In this document: piece by piece, positions 8,549 through 18,043 of the stretch
How the letters are laid out: every line of letters begins with the position of its first letter
Position numbering within the stretch: position 1 is the first letter of the stretch
Origin: an uncultured Collinsella sp.
GTDB taxonomy: Bacteria > Actinomycetota > Coriobacteriia > Coriobacteriales > Coriobacteriaceae
DNA length: 64,000 bases
Reading direction: 5' to 3'
Assembly (NCBI GenBank): GCA_937989875.1
Contig: CALKBO010000028.1
Span: forward strand, 1,616-65,615
Notes under the pieces: model-generated
The model's input: the letters and a program-made list of their open reading frames with translations, nothing else
Database searches by the model: none
What the model was told of the DNA's origin: nothing
Program-made: the position numbers and the translations under genes

Positions 8549-9517
8549 TCACTCGCTTGGCGTGGTGGCGGACCTGCCAGGCTGGTCGTCGTAGGCGTAT
8601 TTGCTGTACACGTTGACCTCCCACTGCTTTTTTTCGACCTTTGCCACGGAATCGAGGATGAATCCGGTTGCAAGGCTCAGGCCGCACAGGAACATAAACG
8701 ACGCGGCGAGCATGGCGGTGGGGAAGCGCGGAACGAGGCCGGTCTGGAAATACTCGACAACGATGGGCGTGCCCAGGGCGAGGCCGATCACCGCAAACAG
8801 AAGCGCAACCAGGCTGAAGAACTTCAGCGGGCGGTAGTCCTTGAACAGCGTGCCGATCATCGCAACGACTTTAATGCCGTCGCTCACGGTATTGAGCTTG
8901 GACTCGGAGCCTTCCGGACGGTCGCGGTACTCGATGGGCACATCTTTGATGCGCCAGCGGTGGTCGACAGCGTGAATCGAGAGCTCGGTTTCGATCTGAA
9001 AGCCCTCGGAAAGCACAGGGAAGGTTTTAACGAACGGGCGACTCATGGCGCGGTAGCCGGTCATGACGTCATCGAAGCTGTAGCCATAGATCCACTTGAT
9101 CATGGCACGTACCAGGTTGTTGCCAAAGCCGTGGAAGGCACGTTTGTTCTCCTCGGCATAGGTGCCGTTGGAAAGACGGTCGCCCACGGTCATGTCGGCC
9201 GTGCCGTTGAGGATGGGCTCGCAGAGGGCTTTGGCCGCCTCGGCGGGGTAGGTGTCATCACCGTCGACCATCAGGTAACAATCGGCATCGATGTCGCGAA
9301 ACATCTGACGGCACACGTTGCCCTTTCCCTGACGCGGCTCAAAACGCACCGTGGCGCCGTGCTCGGTGGCGATGCGTGAGGTATCGTCCGACGAGTTATT
9401 GTCATAGACATAGACCGTCGCCTGCGGAAGCTCGCGGTGAAAGTCGTCGATGACCTTACCAATCGTGAGCGCTTCGTTGTAGCAGGGGATGATGACGGCG
9501 ATGGATTCAGAATTCAC
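8549..9517 (-). CDS. GT2 polyprenyl-phosphate glycosyltransferase (GtrB/DPM1-like) with C-terminal transmembrane helices
   Basis: IAVIIPCYNEALTIGKVIDDF...VYDNNSSDDT...MVDGDDTY motifs, with two hydrophobic helices near the C-terminus. Confidence 0.85.
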   Translation of the reverse strand: MNSESIAVIIPCYNEALTIGKVIDDFHRELPQATVYVYDNNSSDDTSRIATEHGATVRFEPRQGKGNVCRQMFRDIDADCYLMVDGDDTYPAEAAKALCEPILNGTADMTVGDRLSNGTYAEENKRAFHGFGNNLVRAMIKWIYGYSFDDVMTGYRAMSRPFVKTFPVLSEGFQIETELSIHAVDHRWRIKDVPIEYRDRPEGSESKLNTVSDGIKVVAMIGTLFKDYRPLKFFSLVALLFAVIGLALGTPIVVEYFQTGLVPRFPTAMLAASFMFLCGLSLATGFILDSVAKVEKKQWEVNVYSKYAYDDQPGRSATTPSE

Positions 9518-9677
9518 TCAATGCTCCTTATACATTCAATCCTTGAAAGTATAGCCGTTTGCGCCTGACATCCTAAGATGTGGGATAGTTCTCCAGTTTT
9601 GCTGCGCGAATCATTTACTTTGCTGTCGGGTCTATACTGTACGTTTGTCAACGATTACGAGTAAGGGAGTTGCATCC

Positions 9678-10523
9678 GTGTCGGATCAGACAAAGCAACA
9701 AGAAACTCGCAGTCTGCCTGCGACGTTTGCTAAGAATGAATTTGAGAAGGATGCGTTTATCCTTCGCCAGCTGGTTACCAAGGATTTTAAAATCAAGTAT
9801 CGCCGCAGTGTTCTGGGCGTCGCATGGTCGGTGCTCAATCCGCTGCTGATGATGGTCGTCATGGCCATCGTGTTCTCGACGATTTTTGGCCAGGGCCGCA
9901 ATGGCTCAATGACACCCGAGATGTACCCGCTGTACTTGATCGTGGGTAACATTACCTTTGCCGTCATGTCCGAGTCTACGAACCAGGCCCTGACGTCGAT
10001 CGTGGGTGCTGCCCCTTTGCTCAAGAAAGTTAAGGTGCACCGCTGGGTCTTCCCGGTGCAGAAGGTGCTCTTCTCGCTAGTCAACTTTGCCTTCTCGCTG
10101 GTTGCCGTCGCCATCGTTATGCTGTGGTTCCGCGTTATGCCTTCTTGGCACCTGATTCTGCTGCCGGTTTGCCTGCTGCTGCTTATGTGCTTCTGCATGG
10201 GCCTGGGCATGATGCTCTCTGCCCTTACGGTCTTTTTCCGCGACGTTATGCATCTGTGGAGCGTCATCATTACGGCGTGGACTTACATTACGCCCATCTT
10301 CTGGACGACTGACTATATTGCGCAAATGCCGCATCTCGTGCGTATCTTGATGTATGCGAACCCCATGTACAACTACCTGCAGTTTATGCGCGATATCTTC
10401 CTGTTCCAGACTACGCCCTCGCTTATGACGTTTGGTATGTGCGTTGCCTGGGCGGTTCTTGCGCTTATTATTGGCTATACCGTGTTCCATAAGTCCGAGC
10501 GCAAGTTCATCCTCTACATCTAA
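9678..10523 (+). CDS. ABC-2 type polysaccharide/teichoic-acid export permease (Wzm/TagG-like)
   Basis: Six-helix ABC-2 permease pattern (FKIKYRRSVLGVAWSVLNPLLMM). GTG 9678 is preceded by aagggag. The ORF track's TTG 9645 is an alternative start. Confidence 0.85.
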   Translation: MSDQTKQQETRSLPATFAKNEFEKDAFILRQLVTKDFKIKYRRSVLGVAWSVLNPLLMMVVMAIVFSTIFGQGRNGSMTPEMYPLYLIVGNITFAVMSESTNQALTSIVGAAPLLKKVKVHRWVFPVQKVLFSLVNFAFSLVAVAIVMLWFRVMPSWHLILLPVCLLLLMCFCMGLGMMLSALTVFFRDVMHLWSVIITAWTYITPIFWTTDYIAQMPHLVRILMYANPMYNYLQFMRDIFLFQTTPSLMTFGMCVAWAVLALIIGYTVFHKSERKFILYI

Positions 10524-10531
10524 GGAGTGCT

Positions 10532-11302
10532 GTGATGACTGAATCTGTTGTTGATTACAGCGAGCAGCCTCTGGCTGTCGAGGTCGACGACGTCACCATG
10601 ATCTTTAACATGGCGTCCGAGTCGCTGACCAACCTCAAGGAGTACTTCATTAAGCTTGCCAAGCATGAGTTGTTCTTTGAGGAGTTTAGGGCGCTTAAGC
10701 ATATCTCGTTTGATATTCATCGTGGCGAGGTCGTGGGTCTGGTCGGCACCAATGGCTCCGGCAAGTCTACGATGCTCAAGATTATCGCTGGCGTGCTTGA
10801 GCCAAGCGAGGGCAGCGTTAAGGTGCACGGTAACATCGCGCCGCTGATTGAGCTTGGTGCTGGTTTTGACCCCGAGCTGACCGCCCGCGAGAACATCTAT
10901 CTGAACGGCGCCCTGCTCGGCTATACCAAGGAGTTCATCGATGCCAACTTTGACGGCATTATCGAATTCGCTGAGCTGCAGAACTTTGTCGATATGCCGC
11001 TTAAGAACTTCTCCTCGGGCATGGTGGCGCGTATCGCCTTTGCAATCGCGACGATTACCGAGCCCGATATTCTGATCGTTGACGAGACGTTGTCCGTCGG
11101 TGATGTGTTCTTCCAGCAGAAGTGCGAGGACCGTATCCAGCACTTTATCCAGAGCGGCGACGTGACGGTTCTGTTCGTTTCGCACTCTATGGAGCAGGTT
11201 GAGCGCATCTGCCAGCGTGCCGTTTGGATTGAGAAGGGTGACCTTCGCATGGACGGCCCGGTTGATGAGGTCTGCAAGGCGTATCGCGAGCAGTTCAACT
11301 AG
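10532..11302 (+). CDS. Polysaccharide export ABC transporter ATP-binding protein (Wzt/TagH-like, no C-terminal carbohydrate-binding domain)
   Basis: Walker A GTNGSGKST, signature FSSGMVARIAFA, Walker B ILIVDE, H-loop VSHS. The start is GTG 10532 or ATG 10535, after aaggag. Confidence 0.9.
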   Translation: MMTESVVDYSEQPLAVEVDDVTMIFNMASESLTNLKEYFIKLAKHELFFEEFRALKHISFDIHRGEVVGLVGTNGSGKSTMLKIIAGVLEPSEGSVKVHGNIAPLIELGAGFDPELTARENIYLNGALLGYTKEFIDANFDGIIEFAELQNFVDMPLKNFSSGMVARIAFAIATITEPDILIVDETLSVGDVFFQQKCEDRIQHFIQSGDVTVLFVSHSMEQVERICQRAVWIEKGDLRMDGPVDEVCKAYREQFN

Positions 11303-11356
11303 GTTATAATTACTTGCGCCTGACAGGCTTGCGCTTGCTTGGGCGTGCGGCTATTT

Positions 11357-11433
11357 GCTCCATTAGCTCAGTTGGATAGAGCAGGGGACTTCTAATCCCA
11401 AGGTCGACGGTTCGAATCCGCCATGGAGCACCA
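11357..11433 (+). tRNA. tRNA-Arg (anticodon TCT), CCA encoded
   Basis: Hand-folded cloverleaf: acceptor GCTCCAT/ATGGAGC, D arm GCTC-AGTTGGATA-GAGC, anticodon loop CTTCTAA, T loop TTCGAAT. It closely resembles E. coli argU in the D arm and anticodon loop. It has one mismatch each in the anticodon stem (G27-A43) and the T stem (A50-C64). Confidence 0.85.
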
Positions 11434-11443
11434 TCGTTTATTA

Positions 11444-11476
11444 AGCCCAGACCGCTTGGTGGTCTGGGCTTTTTTC
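11444..11476 (+). terminator. Intrinsic terminator after tRNA-Arg(TCT); may also serve the convergent aroQ
   Basis: agcccagacc-gcttggt-ggtctgggct followed by tttttc. Confidence 0.75.
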
Positions 11477-11537
11477 ATCTTGTGTGCTGCTGGAGCCGAG
11501 CGCGAGCAAGCCGCTGCTGTTTGTTGGGGTTGGCATT

Positions 11538-11975
11538 TTACTTTTCGAGATACTCCCTCAGCAGCTCCAGCGCGTGGGCGTAGCCCTGTAGGCCCTCGCC
11601 GGTGATGGTGGCGAAGCAGGCTAGGCGTGCATAGCTCACCTGGCGGAAGTCCTCGCGGGTCTCGACGGCGCTGATGTGGACCTCGACGGCAGGGATGGCG
11701 ACGGCCTTGAGGGCGTCGAGGATCGCGACGCTCGTATGCGTATAGGCGGCCGGGTTTATGACGATGCCGTCGACCTTGCCGTAGGCCTCCTGGATCTTGT
11801 CGACGATGCTGCCCTCGTGGTTAGACTGGAAGACCTCGACCTCGTCGAAGCCCTGTGCGGCGCCCGCTTCCTGGCAAATCTGGACCAGGCGGTCGTAGTT
11901 GTCGCTGCCGTAGATGCCCGGCTCGCGAATGCCGAGCATGTTTAGATTGGGGCCGTTGATGACGAGTGCTTTCAT
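11538..11975 (-). CDS. aroQ: 3-dehydroquinate dehydratase, type II
   Basis: MKALVINGPNLNMLGIREPGIYG...HISAVETRE. The ATG at 11975 is preceded by aaggaag. The longer ORF start at 12074 overlaps the upstream gene and is unlikely. Confidence 0.92.
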   Translation of the reverse strand: MKALVINGPNLNMLGIREPGIYGSDNYDRLVQICQEAGAAQGFDEVEVFQSNHEGSIVDKIQEAYGKVDGIVINPAAYTHTSVAILDALKAVAIPAVEVHISAVETREDFRQVSYARLACFATITGEGLQGYAHALELLREYLEK

Positions 11976-12039
11976 GGTTGCTTCCTTTGCGGTTGAAAAA
12001 CCACCACAAAGGTGCCTGTCCCCTTTGTGGTGGTTTTGG

Positions 12040-13290
12040 TTAGAGAGCGGGTGGGAGGGTGTCGAGGAGGGCATGGGCGGTGTTGGCGGCGCAGTCGCGT
12101 GAGTCGATGATGTAGTCGGCCCAGGCGCGGTAGCGCGGCATACGCTGCTCGGCCAGCTTGTCGATGCCGTCGCGCGCGGTGATGGGGCGGCCCTTGTGGG
12201 CGAGCTCGTCGAGCTTGCGGTTGAGCATCACGATCTGGCTGTTTTGGTGCAGCAGAGGGTAGTTCTCGTCGCGCGTAACCACGCCGCCGCCGGTGGAGAG
12301 CACCAAGCCGCTGCGCTTGGAGATGTCGGCCAGCGCTGCCGTCTCCTGCTCGCGGAAGGCCGCCTCGCCGCACTTGACGATAAAGTCGGCGCAGGGCATG
12401 TCCAGGCGCTTCTCGAGGGCGCGATCGAGGTCGATGTGCTCGCGGCCCGTGAGCTGAGCGATCTGCTCGCCCACGCGGGTCTTGCCCGAGCCCGGCATGC
12501 CGATCAGGGCGATGTTCTGCTCATGGCGCGACAGGCGCTCCGTTACGTCCAGGATGCGCTCGCGCGGGGTGGTTTGGCCGGTATAGCGCTCGACGGCCTG
12601 CGCCGCTTGGGCCACGAGCATCAGCAGGCCGCCGATGCAGGGGATACCGCGGCGCTCGGCCTCGAGCATCAGGCCCGTGCGGGCGGGGTTGTAGACAATG
12701 TCGATAACGCCTTCGAGCGCATCGAGCCCTTCGAGCGTGCAAGGCGCGTCGGGGCAGTGGGGGAACATGCCGGCAGGCGTGCAGTTGACGAGCAGGGCGG
12801 CGTCGGATTGCTGCGCGATGTTGCCGTAGTTGACCTCGCTCGTGCGGCCCACGGGCACAACGATGGCGCCCAGATCTCCCAGCACCACACTTGCCGTGGT
12901 GCCGGCACCACCGGTGGCACCGAGCACAAGAGCCTTCTTGCCGGCGACCTCAACCCCCAGCTCCTCGACAAGGCACTGAAAACCGAAGTAGTCAGTATTA
13001 TCGCCACGCAGGCGACCGTCAGGCAGACGTGTGATGGTGTTGACGTTGCCCATGCGCTCGGCCAACGGACTCAGCTCGTCCAGGTATTCCATGACGGTGC
13101 GCTTGTAGGGGATGGTCACGTTGGTGCCCTCCCATTCGTCGCCGGTCATAAAGACCTCAAGATCCTCGGGCTCTCGCTCAAAACGCACGTACTCGAGCCC
13201 CGCGAGCTCCTTGTAGATGGTCGGGGTGTAGCTGTGGCCCAGCACACGGCCCAGGACGCCGTAGGGGCGGGTTGCGGCGGTATCGGTCAT
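12040..13290 (-). CDS. Bifunctional shikimate dehydrogenase / shikimate kinase (AroE-AroK fusion)
   Basis: The N-terminal part is AroE-like (YGVLGRVLGHSYTPTIY, NVTIPYK, LVLGATGGAG). The C-terminal 170 aa has the shikimate kinase P-loop (IALIGMPGSGKTRVG, LSTGGGVV). Confidence 0.88.
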   Translation of the reverse strand: MTDTAATRPYGVLGRVLGHSYTPTIYKELAGLEYVRFEREPEDLEVFMTGDEWEGTNVTIPYKRTVMEYLDELSPLAERMGNVNTITRLPDGRLRGDNTDYFGFQCLVEELGVEVAGKKALVLGATGGAGTTASVVLGDLGAIVVPVGRTSEVNYGNIAQQSDAALLVNCTPAGMFPHCPDAPCTLEGLDALEGVIDIVYNPARTGLMLEAERRGIPCIGGLLMLVAQAAQAVERYTGQTTPRERILDVTERLSRHEQNIALIGMPGSGKTRVGEQIAQLTGREHIDLDRALEKRLDMPCADFIVKCGEAAFREQETAALADISKRSGLVLSTGGGVVTRDENYPLLHQNSQIVMLNRKLDELAHKGRPITARDGIDKLAEQRMPRYRAWADYIIDSRDCAANTAHALLDTLPPAL

Positions 13291-14436
13291 CTAGAGCACC
13301 TCCGTGTAGCTGCCAAAGTAGGTGAAGCTCTCGCACACGTCGTCAATCGAGTCGAGCAGGTCGTCGAGCGCCTTGCTGCCAAAGGGGCAGTCCAGGTCAA
13401 AGTAGAACATAAACTCAAAGTCGCGACCGGGGATGGGGCGGCTCTCCAGCTTGATGAGGTTGATGTTGAGCGCATAGAAGCGCTCGAGTACGCGATAAAG
13501 GGCGCCCGGTTCGTTGGCCGTGGTGATCATGAGCGAGGTACGGTTGGCGCCGGGGTAGACGCGGGGCTCGCGGCTGATGACGACAAAGCGCGTGTAGTTG
13601 TTGTCGGAGTCCTGGATGTTGGGCTCCAGTACCTCCAAGCCGTAGAGCGCCGCACAGCTGCGCGAGGCGATAGCGGCGACGTCGGTGCGCTCGGAGTTGG
13701 CGACCATCTCGGCCGACATGGCGGTGTTGGGGTATTTGGTGGCATGCAGGCCGTGGCCCTCGATAAAGCCGGCGCACTGGGCAATGGCTTGGCCGTGGCT
13801 GTAGACCTCGCGCACGTCGGCGAGTTTGGTGTCGGGCTTGACGAGCAAGTTGTGGTCGATCTTGAGGCGAAGCGAGCGCACGATGTGGAAGTCGAACTGG
13901 GCGAGCAGGTCGTAGACGGCGTTGACCGAGCCGGCGGTGGAGTTCTCGATGGGCAGCACGCCAAACTCGCAGAAGCCGTCGCGCACAGCGCGCATAACGC
14001 CTTCGAAGGTCTCGAAAAACGCGATGTCGGGCACGTCGAAGAGTTTGCACGCGGCGATCTGGCTATAGGCACCTTCCACGCCCTGGCAGGCAACTGTGGC
14101 CGTTTGAGGGAAGGGCGTGTCAAAGGCTGCAGCCGTGGCGTGGGCCTTTTGCGAGACGGTGATGCCCTTGAACTCGTTGATGTAGCGCTGCTGCTCGGCC
14201 TTGCTCATGCTCATGAGGAGACGGAACAGGGCGATGGTCTGTGCCTCGTAGCGTTCGGGCGCGCGGCTGGCGAGGTTGTTGAGCTTGGAGCGCTCGCGGG
14301 CGGGGTCGAAGACGGCCTTGCCCATCTCGATTTTTGACTTGGCGACCTCGGTGGCAATGTCCATGCGCTCGATAAAGCTGTTGAGGAGCGTGGTGTCGAT
14401 GCCATCGATGGTCTGGCGAATATCGGCAAGGTCCAT
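13291..14436 (-). CDS. pheA: Chorismate mutase / prephenate dehydratase (P-protein)
   Basis: The CM helix region (IRQTIDGIDTTLLNSFIERMDIA), the PDT domain (VACQGVEGAYSQIA) and a C-terminal ACT-like region (ESRPIPG) are present. I prefer ATG 14436; the ORF start at 14511 would overlap aroC. Confidence 0.88.
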   Translation of the reverse strand: MDLADIRQTIDGIDTTLLNSFIERMDIATEVAKSKIEMGKAVFDPARERSKLNNLASRAPERYEAQTIALFRLLMSMSKAEQQRYINEFKGITVSQKAHATAAAFDTPFPQTATVACQGVEGAYSQIAACKLFDVPDIAFFETFEGVMRAVRDGFCEFGVLPIENSTAGSVNAVYDLLAQFDFHIVRSLRLKIDHNLLVKPDTKLADVREVYSHGQAIAQCAGFIEGHGLHATKYPNTAMSAEMVANSERTDVAAIASRSCAALYGLEVLEPNIQDSDNNYTRFVVISREPRVYPGANRTSLMITTANEPGALYRVLERFYALNINLIKLESRPIPGRDFEFMFYFDLDCPFGSKALDDLLDSIDDVCESFTYFGSYTEVL

Positions 14437-14488
14437 GGAGGCCCCTTTCACGTATGGCAGAGTTGACGGGCAAATCAGGTGAGTCGGG

Positions 14489-15586
14489 TTAGAGCTGGCC
14501 TGCGTCCTCAAGGAGGGCGTCCCAAATCGCGAGGGCAGCTGCTGCTTCAGCTACGGGGACAGCTCGGGGGACGATGCAGGGATCGTGACGACCGTGGACC
14601 GAGAGCTCGGCATTTTCCATGGCGTCCATGTCTACGGTCTGCTGCTCGCGGCCAATCGAGGGCGTTGGCTTTACGGCCATGCGCCACATGACGGGCGCGC
14701 CGGTCGAAATACCGCCCAGGATGCCGCCGGCGTTGTTGGACTCAACCTCGATCTCGCCGGTCTCGGCGTCGATGCGATACGGATCGTTGTTCTCGCTGCC
14801 GCGCATGGCGGCCACGGCAAAGCCCATGCCAAACTCCACGCCCTTTACGGCGGGAATGCCAAACGCGATTTGCGCGATGCGGTTCTCGATGCCGTCGAAC
14901 ATGGGGTCGCCGATGCCCGCGGGAAGCCCGTAAATGCCGCACTCCACGATGCCGCCGATGCTGTCGAGCTCGTCGCGCGCGGCAAGAATCTCCTCGCGCA
15001 TGCGGCCGGCTGCGGCGGCGTCAATGCACGGCAGATCGTTCGTAAGGATTGCCTTGCGGTCGGCCTCGCGATAGACCATATCGTCCATCGGCAGGTCGGA
15101 GATGCCGCCGATCTGCGCGACGTGCGCCATGACCTGAATGCCGCGGGCCTCAAGTGCCTGCAGCGCGATGCCGCCGGCGATGCATAGGGGAGCCGTTAGG
15201 CGGCCGGAGAAGTGCCCACCGCCCGCGACGTCGTGCATGTTGTGGTACTTCAAGCGCGCAGGGAAGTCCGCATGTCCCGGACGGGGCTTGCGGCGCAGCT
15301 CGGAGTAATCCTTGGAGCGCGTGTTGGTGTTCTCAATAATCGCTGCGATGGGTGCGCCGGTGGTGTGTCCATCGACCACACCGGCGATGATATGCGCGGC
15401 GTCGGCCTCGCGGCGTTTGGTTGCGGTCTCGTCGCGGCCGGGGGCGCGACGGTCGAGGAAGGCCTGCAGCTTCTCCTGGTCCACGGCGATGCCCGCCGGG
15501 ATGCCATCGAGCGAGCAGCCGATAGCGGGGGAGTGCGATTGGCCGAAGATGCTTAAGTGCAAGACGTTGCCAAAGGTCGAGGACAT
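14489..15586 (-). CDS. aroC: Chorismate synthase
   Basis: FGQSHSPAIGCSLDGIPAG, RPGHADF and GGGHFSGRLTA motifs. Confidence 0.93.
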   Translation of the reverse strand: MSSTFGNVLHLSIFGQSHSPAIGCSLDGIPAGIAVDQEKLQAFLDRRAPGRDETATKRREADAAHIIAGVVDGHTTGAPIAAIIENTNTRSKDYSELRRKPRPGHADFPARLKYHNMHDVAGGGHFSGRLTAPLCIAGGIALQALEARGIQVMAHVAQIGGISDLPMDDMVYREADRKAILTNDLPCIDAAAAGRMREEILAARDELDSIGGIVECGIYGLPAGIGDPMFDGIENRIAQIAFGIPAVKGVEFGMGFAVAAMRGSENNDPYRIDAETGEIEVESNNAGGILGGISTGAPVMWRMAVKPTPSIGREQQTVDMDAMENAELSVHGRHDPCIVPRAVPVAEAAAALAIWDALLEDAGQL

Positions 15587-15587
15587 G

Positions 15588-16907
15588 CTATTCCTCCTCG
15601 AATGTGACCTTGCCGCCCAGCAGGCGGTAGTGGTCGAAAAAATCGGGATAGGACTTGTTGACGGCCTCGGCGCCGTGGATCACGACCTCGCCGGTGGCAC
15701 GGCTCGCGGCGATGGCGGCCATCATGGCGATGCGGTGGTCGTTGTGCGAATCGACCTCGCCGCCGGTAAAGGCATCGACGCCCTTGATGATGAGGTCGTC
15801 GCCGGCAATACGCACCTGCGCGCCCAGCGCGGTGAGCTCGCGGGTGGTGGTGGCCAGGCGGTCGGATTCCTTGATACGCAGGCGGGCGCAATCGCGGATA
15901 AAGGTGCGGCCCTGTGCCAGCGAGGCCACGGCCGAGATAACGGGCACCAGGTCGGGAATGTCGTGGGCGCTCATCTCAAAGCCGGCGAGCTTGTCGGACT
16001 GCACGGTGGCGGCGTTGGTGGAGCGCACGATGCGGGCGCCAAAGCGCGAAAGCGCGGCAAGCACGTTGCGGTCGCCCTGTGCGGAGCTCAGGGACACGCC
16101 CTCGACGGTGATGGGGTCGGTGCCGATAGCGCCGGCACACAGCCAAAAGGCAGCGTTGGACCAGTCGCCCTCGACGGCCACGCTGCCGGGCGTGCGGTAC
16201 GAGCCGCTGCTCACGCGGAAGTTCGTGACCTCGGGCTGGCCGTCCTTGGCCGGAATGCGCTCGACGTTGACCTCAACGCCAAAGGCCTTCATGGCCTGGA
16301 TCGTTAGGTTGATGTAGGGGCGGCTCTCAATGAGGCCAGTCACCTGCACACAGGAGGGCTGGGCGAGCAACGGGGCTGCCAGCAGCAGGCCCGAGATGTA
16401 CTGCGAGCTTACGTTGCCCGGCAGCACAAAGGTGCCCGGGCGCATGCGTCCGCTTGTCTTGAGCGGAAAACCGCCCAGACCCTGTAGGTCGCAGCCGGCG
16501 GCAATGATCTCGTCCGAGAGCGGGGACAGCGGGCGTGCGCCTAGGCGGCCCTGTCCCACAAAAGTTGCCTCTGCCCCCAGCGCGCAGGCGACGGGCAGCA
16601 TAAAGCGGAGCGTGGAGCCGCTCTCGCCGCAGTCGAGCGTGCCGCCGGCAAGGGCCTTGAGCAGGCCGAACTCAATGCTCTTCATGGTGGGGTGGACCTG
16701 GAAGCCGTCCTCGACAGTCTCGATGCGGGCGCCGAGCGCCGTGAGGCAGCGGACCGTGGCCTCAATATCGGCGCAGGTGGTGTTGCAGGTCACATGCGTC
16801 TCTCCGTTGGCAAGGGCAGCGCAGATGATGAGACGGTGCGCCATCGACTTGGACGCGATGGCGGGAACGGTGCCCTTAAGCGGGGACGGGGTGATGCGGG
16901 CTAGCAT
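15588..16907 (-). CDS. aroA: 3-phosphoshikimate 1-carboxyvinyltransferase (EPSP synthase)
   Basis: SKSMAHRLIICAAL, LDCGESGSTLRF and KESDRL motifs; 439 aa. It overlaps aroB by 7 nt. Confidence 0.93.
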   Translation of the reverse strand: MLARITPSPLKGTVPAIASKSMAHRLIICAALANGETHVTCNTTCADIEATVRCLTALGARIETVEDGFQVHPTMKSIEFGLLKALAGGTLDCGESGSTLRFMLPVACALGAEATFVGQGRLGARPLSPLSDEIIAAGCDLQGLGGFPLKTSGRMRPGTFVLPGNVSSQYISGLLLAAPLLAQPSCVQVTGLIESRPYINLTIQAMKAFGVEVNVERIPAKDGQPEVTNFRVSSGSYRTPGSVAVEGDWSNAAFWLCAGAIGTDPITVEGVSLSSAQGDRNVLAALSRFGARIVRSTNAATVQSDKLAGFEMSAHDIPDLVPVISAVASLAQGRTFIRDCARLRIKESDRLATTTRELTALGAQVRIAGDDLIIKGVDAFTGGEVDSHNDHRIAMMAAIAASRATGEVVIHGAEAVNKSYPDFFDHYRLLGGKVTFEEE

Positions 16908-18007
16908 GCGGATGCGTCTCCCTTCTGGCCGAGGCCCTCGGCAATGAGTTCGTGGAAAGTGGAAAGCGGCGTGCGGTCGATGCTGCAGCGGCCAATGCCG
17001 TGCGGAATCACCAGGTCGATGGTGTCGCCCGCGCGCTTCTTGTCGTGGAGCGCCTCGGCAAAGACGGCATCGGCATTGAGGTCGCAGCGGGTCTTGAGGC
17101 CGTGGCGGGCGCAGAGCTCCTCAATACGGCCGGGCAGTGCAGCATCGCAAACGCCGTGCAGGGCCGCGGCGCGCGTGATGATGCCCATGCCGATCGACAC
17201 GCAGTTACCGTGTCCGAGCTCAAAGTGCTCGCAGGCCTCGACGGCGTGTCCGGCGCTGTGTCCAAAGTTGAGCAGCTTGCGCTGGTTGGTTTCGTGCTCG
17301 TCGGCGACGACCACGGCGCGCTTGATGTCGATGTTGCGGGCGATGATGAGTGCTACGCGGGCCACATCGCGGTTGAGCAGCTCCAGCGTGAGCGGGGTCT
17401 TCTCCAGCTCGGCGAAAAGCTCCGGGTCGGCGATCACGGCGTGCTTGACGACCTCGCCGCAGCCGTCGGCGAACTGCTCGGGCGTGAGGGTGGCCAGGCA
17501 CCCCACGTCGGCGATAACCACGCTCGGCTGCCAAAAGGCGCCGGCCAAGTTCTTGCCGGCAGCCAGGTCGATGGCGGTCTTGCCGCCCACCGACGAATCC
17601 ACCATGGCGAGCAGGCTCGTCGGGATCTGCACAAACTTGCAGCCGCGCATGTAGGTCGCGGCCACAAAGCCCGCCACATCGCCCACGACGCCGCCCCCGA
17701 GTGCCACGATCACGTCGGAGCGCGAAAGCTCGTGCTCGGCCACAAACTCCAAAATGGCAACATAGGTTTCGGCGCGCTTATGGGCCTCGCCGGCCTCGAA
17801 GGTGCAGATGCTCACCTCGTAGCCTGATGCCTCCAGGCTCTGCTTAACGGGCATCTGGTAGAGCGGGCCTACGTTGGTGTCCGTCACGATGACGGCCTTG
17901 GTGCCGCCGGCAGTGGCGCGCACGAGCGGTCCCGCCTGCTCCAGCAAAAACGTGCCAACATGCACCTGGTAGGGGCGTGCGGTGTCGATATCGATGGTAA
18001 TCGCCAT
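16901..18007 (-). CDS. aroB: 3-dehydroquinate synthase
   Basis: LGGGVVGDVAGFVAATYMRG, the GKN region and HAVE/HG metal-ligand motifs. Confidence 0.92.
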   Translation of the reverse strand: MAITIDIDTARPYQVHVGTFLLEQAGPLVRATAGGTKAVIVTDTNVGPLYQMPVKQSLEASGYEVSICTFEAGEAHKRAETYVAILEFVAEHELSRSDVIVALGGGVVGDVAGFVAATYMRGCKFVQIPTSLLAMVDSSVGGKTAIDLAAGKNLAGAFWQPSVVIADVGCLATLTPEQFADGCGEVVKHAVIADPELFAELEKTPLTLELLNRDVARVALIIARNIDIKRAVVVADEHETNQRKLLNFGHSAGHAVEACEHFELGHGNCVSIGMGIITRAAALHGVCDAALPGRIEELCARHGLKTRCDLNADAVFAEALHDKKRAGDTIDLVIPHGIGRCSIDRTPLSTFHELIAEGLGQKGDASAC

Positions 18008-18043
18008 AAGCTTCGGTCCTTTCGACCTGGCGTGATAGGTGGT

